Positions 55,718-64,000 of a DNA stretch of 64,000 nucleotides are shown here, piece after piece (the first letter of the stretch is position 1; each line of letters opens with the position of its first letter). Origin of the DNA: Salpingoeca rosetta (taxonomy: Eukaryota; Protista; Choanoflagellata); NCBI GenBank assembly GCA_033442325.1, contig JAWQFM010000033.1, positions 238,973-302,972 of the forward strand, read 5' to 3'. Made by a program: the position numbers and the translations under genes. The notes below the pieces were generated by a model, which was given only the letters and a program-made list of their open reading frames with translations, was not told the origin of the DNA and did no database searches.

Positions 55718-56988
55718 CGGGAGCAACAGTGGCAACAACCACAAGGGGAGCAGCAGTGGCAACAACAATGGTAGTAGCAACGCTGCTGCTGCTGCCGGTA
55801 ACAAGGCTGTCAACGATCCCACCAACAAGCGCGACCGGAACAACCAGGGTGCCGGCGGTGACAGGGATGGAGCACACGTGCGAGTGGATAGCTCGTCGCC
55901 TGGTAGCAATGGCAGCCGTGGCAGTGGCAACAGCAACAACATGAGTACAAGCAGCGATGGCCGTGTGGGCGCGAGCATGGGTGTGCGTGGCATGGATGTG
56001 GCAGACTGGCGACAGCGTGGGGGGAACGATGGTGATGGCGGGAAACAAGCGGGTGGGGATCGAGGACACCACCAGCAAGATCGCCGCCGCCACCGCCGTC
56101 ATCGCAGCGGTGGTGGTGGTGGTGGTGGTGGTGGCGACCGTGGGAGGACAGAGAGGACACGCAGAAGCCATGCCCTGAGCAGGGCCGGAGACGACATGGC
56201 GCAAGCACAGCAGCGACGCGGTTACGACAACAGCACCGCCAGCAGCAGCAGCAAGAACGCTGCGCGTCGGCGGGGGAAGCGGCGGGACACGAGTGGGCGG
56301 AGGAGCCGAAGCAACACCACAGGCAGCACCAGGCATCGCAACAGGATGGAACAGAACAGGGCAGCAGCGGCGGCGGCGGCGATGCGTGGGGAAGGCGCTC
56401 CACCAAGACACCAGCGAGAGCGAAGCCGCAAGCAGCGTGATGGTGGTGGTTGTGGCGATGTTGGTCATGATGGTGAGGGTGGGGTCGCAGTTGTCACAAG
56501 GCGTGATGTTGCTGGTGGTGGTGGTGGTGGTGGTGGTGGATGTGTTGACCTGTCTGGGGTGTACGCGGACACGGCGCCCCTCGGTGTGCACATGCAGGCG
56601 ATTGGTGTTGTGCCGATGGGTGGCGTGATGGGCAGCAACGCGTTTACGCTGATGCAACCACAGCAGCAGCTGCAACAGCTGAGGGAGCAGCAAAACCAGC
56701 AAGGACAGCAGCAGCAAGCACGCGCACAGCAAGTGCCGACCGAACAAGTGGCATCACAGCCTCTTCAGCCGTCGCCGGAGATGGTTTTGGCGGATCCCAG
56801 GCATCAAATGGAGATGTTGGAACGACTGAATGCCATTTTGGCATATCGCAACTGGCAGCAAACCATGTACATCCAACAACTCGAGGTCGCGCTGCAGGCC
56901 CAACAGCAGCAACTACAAGGGATGCAAGGGATGCAACAACAGTCGCAGCAGCTCCACCAGCCGCAACAAGCACCGCAACAAGCACCGC

Positions 56989-57034
<46 letters not shown>

Positions 57035-57041
57035 GCCATAA
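49397..57041 (+). CDS. Very large (about 2350 aa) low-complexity Q/S/N-rich protein with an N-terminal THAP-like C2CH zinc finger and C-terminal coiled coil; candidate transcription factor
   Basis: A probable short exon 49397-49447 (METPFPNPSASGSTRSV|gtacgt) splices in phase 0 to cag|GCG at 50016, followed by an open frame to TAA at 57041. CSFFGC-x52-CASH lies at 50277-50462. Poly-Q tracts and basic NLS-like clusters are present. Confidence 0.75.
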
Positions 57042-58019
57042 CAGCAGGAGGAGTGGAATCCCAAGTGAGCAGACGGCTGTGACAGTTATCAGCGCTGCAA
57101 CTCTACTGTTTTGTTATGAATATGGTTTGTTTGGCATTCACCCTTCAAGCCTTCAACTTCATCGCCTTCCAGCTTCATCGATTTTTTCACACCCACCCAC
57201 CACCCTTTGTGCTGGAGGCGGCAGGAGAGGAGGAGAGGGGTGTTCCTTCATGGCTTCTTGTAAACGGGTAAGTGTGTTCATAGTTTGTTTCTTTCTGTCA
57301 TGTACAATCAGACATTCTGCGTGCTCTCAGCGTCTCGTGGTCTTGTCCTTGCGAATAAAGCTGGCCATGACTCTGAAACACGCGTGATTCCATGAGCGCC
57401 CTCCCTCAGCACACACACAGAGAAGGGGAGAGGGTGTGGAGGGAAAGATGCAGCGAAAGAGTGTATGTGAGTGAGAAACACAGAAACACAGACAGAGCGT
57501 GTGCTTGTGCATGGGAACGAACACAAAAAGGAAGGCTCTCATATCCGACTACATTTTGTGGTGTGGAGAATTGACTGCACTGCGGCCTCGTTGTTTGTTG
57601 TCCGCCAACCCACAGGCACTCGTCGACACAAAGGGACAAGGTCTGCCAGACGCACGTGTGCGACGACAGCACCGACAAGGTGTGCCATCGACGGCCTCGT
57701 GCACTGCCTGGTGTTCATTGTGTTTGTGAAGCCCAGTGCGCCCTCGACACTCTTGAGCACCGCACCGCACGCACCCGTTTGTTTGTTTGTTAGTTTGTTT
57801 AGGTTTGGTTTGCTGACAGAGCCTGTCTTTGCTGTGTTTCCTCGTATCGACAGGGATTGGTGTTCCTCATGGCACAGAGAGCCCGCAAGCAACAGCCGCT
57901 GCCCACCAGTTCGTTCACGTCTTCTTGCGTTCATGCGTTTGGGAGAGACGGCTGCTTGAAGGCTGCACTGTCCCTTCCAAGGCCGCCTACTTTCCCCGGG
58001 CTCGTTGGCGGACGCGTGA

Positions 58020-62901
<4,882 letters not shown>

Positions 62902-64000
62902 AAGTTTGGCAAGCGAGCGTGTGCTGTGTGCATGCGTGTGCGTGGCATATGTATATGATGTGCACTGTGTGCGTGTGATCGAACCTAAGGGAATGTGAAG
63001 CATGTGCGAGCATGTGTGTATGTGTGTATGTGTGTGTGTGTGTGTGTGCGTGCGTGCGCGTATGTATTTGTGGCGAGACACGCTTCATTTGTATTTGTGG
63101 AGAGGCCTGCCTCGTTTGTACTACTACTGGCAAGCAAAGCATGGCTCATATGTATTTGTGCATTGTCTCGCGTTGTTCACATTCGTGTATGTTGTGTGTT
63201 TCATGTGTATTCATTGGTTGTTGTTGCGGCTGCGCCATCATGTAAACAGACTTGAGGATTGGCAGATGAGCGTGACCATCAGCGAGATGAGTTGTGACAT
63301 GCGCTTCATTGTGTCTCGTTTCGTTGACTCGGTGTTCATGTGACCGAAAGGTTGTGGTTGGTTGGACATGGAAGGCGCCAGCACATTCGCTCATCCCATC
63401 GGTCACCACACAATGCGAGAAACGACAACAAATGTGAAATGAACAACGTCACCCCATCTGTTGACTTGCACCGCACAAGCACTCACGCACGCAAGCTACC
63501 ACTGTGCAGTGCACATACCACCAACGGCACGCACACAAGCACACACAAGCACACACACACACGGGGATGCAGGGTGTAGGATGGGAAGAAACGAAAGAAC
63601 AGAAAAAAATGAAAAGAAAAAAGCCTCGACACACGAGGGCGGAAAAACAGGACAGTGAATGACATGCAACGATGGAAGACATAACACGAGCACGCTCAAC
63701 ACCACATGGAGGATCTATCACACAAGGTGGTCAAGGGGAATGAACAACGACGGTGGATGGAGGGGTCCAACAACACGTCGATCAATGTGGTGATGGTGAG
63801 GATGATAATGAACTTTGGTGTTTGGGCGGGGGAGGCGGGTGCGGAGATGAATGGAAGTGATGGATTAGTTGATTGGTTGTTTGGTTGGTTGGTTGGTTGG
63901 GCGACTAGGCGGTTGTTTGGTTTTGCAGCTCAATGTCCTTGACGCGGCGCTGCACAGAACCGCTCTTTGGTCGCCCGCTGCTGCTGCTTCCGCTGCCAGA

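Noticed and set aside
49836-57041. Transposase associated with the THAP-like finger
   Set aside because: No DDE/RNase H-like domain, terminal inverted repeats or target-site duplication were seen; the downstream sequence is low complexity.

Overview
Eukaryotic, intron-rich genomic DNA with GT-AG introns of about 200-400 nt that are full of (CA)n/(GT)n microsatellites, poly-Q/D/N/T coding runs and five assembly gaps. The style and gene content fit a choanoflagellate such as Salpingoeca rosetta (inference). Most ORF-track entries are microsatellite noise. Splicing exons by hand gives nine genes: (1) a type I membrane protein with a Ser-Gly/acidic cluster, poly-Thr stalk and cytoplasmic SH3-like domain (-); (2) a protein with an IQGAP-type CH domain but no IQ/RasGAP region (+); (3) mitochondrial proline dehydrogenase with an EF-hand insert (-); (4) a heavily intronised protein resembling an uncharacterised bacterial family (+); (5) an intronless TIR + ARM-repeat protein (+); (6) a PARP1-like poly(ADP-ribose) polymerase (-); (7) a p38/Hog1-type TGY MAP kinase (+), head-to-head with the PARP; (8) a very large poly-Q protein with a THAP-like C2CH finger (+); (9) a low-complexity, probably nuclear protein (+). 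The strongest unusual signal is in the PARP catalytic motif: GY-M-FGKG-VYFA is restored in frame by a single-nucleotide exon (A, 35046, context cag|A|gtaagt) followed by a 12-nt microexon, and I found no other canonical splice solution. Domain assignments are by recalled motif similarity, not database searches.
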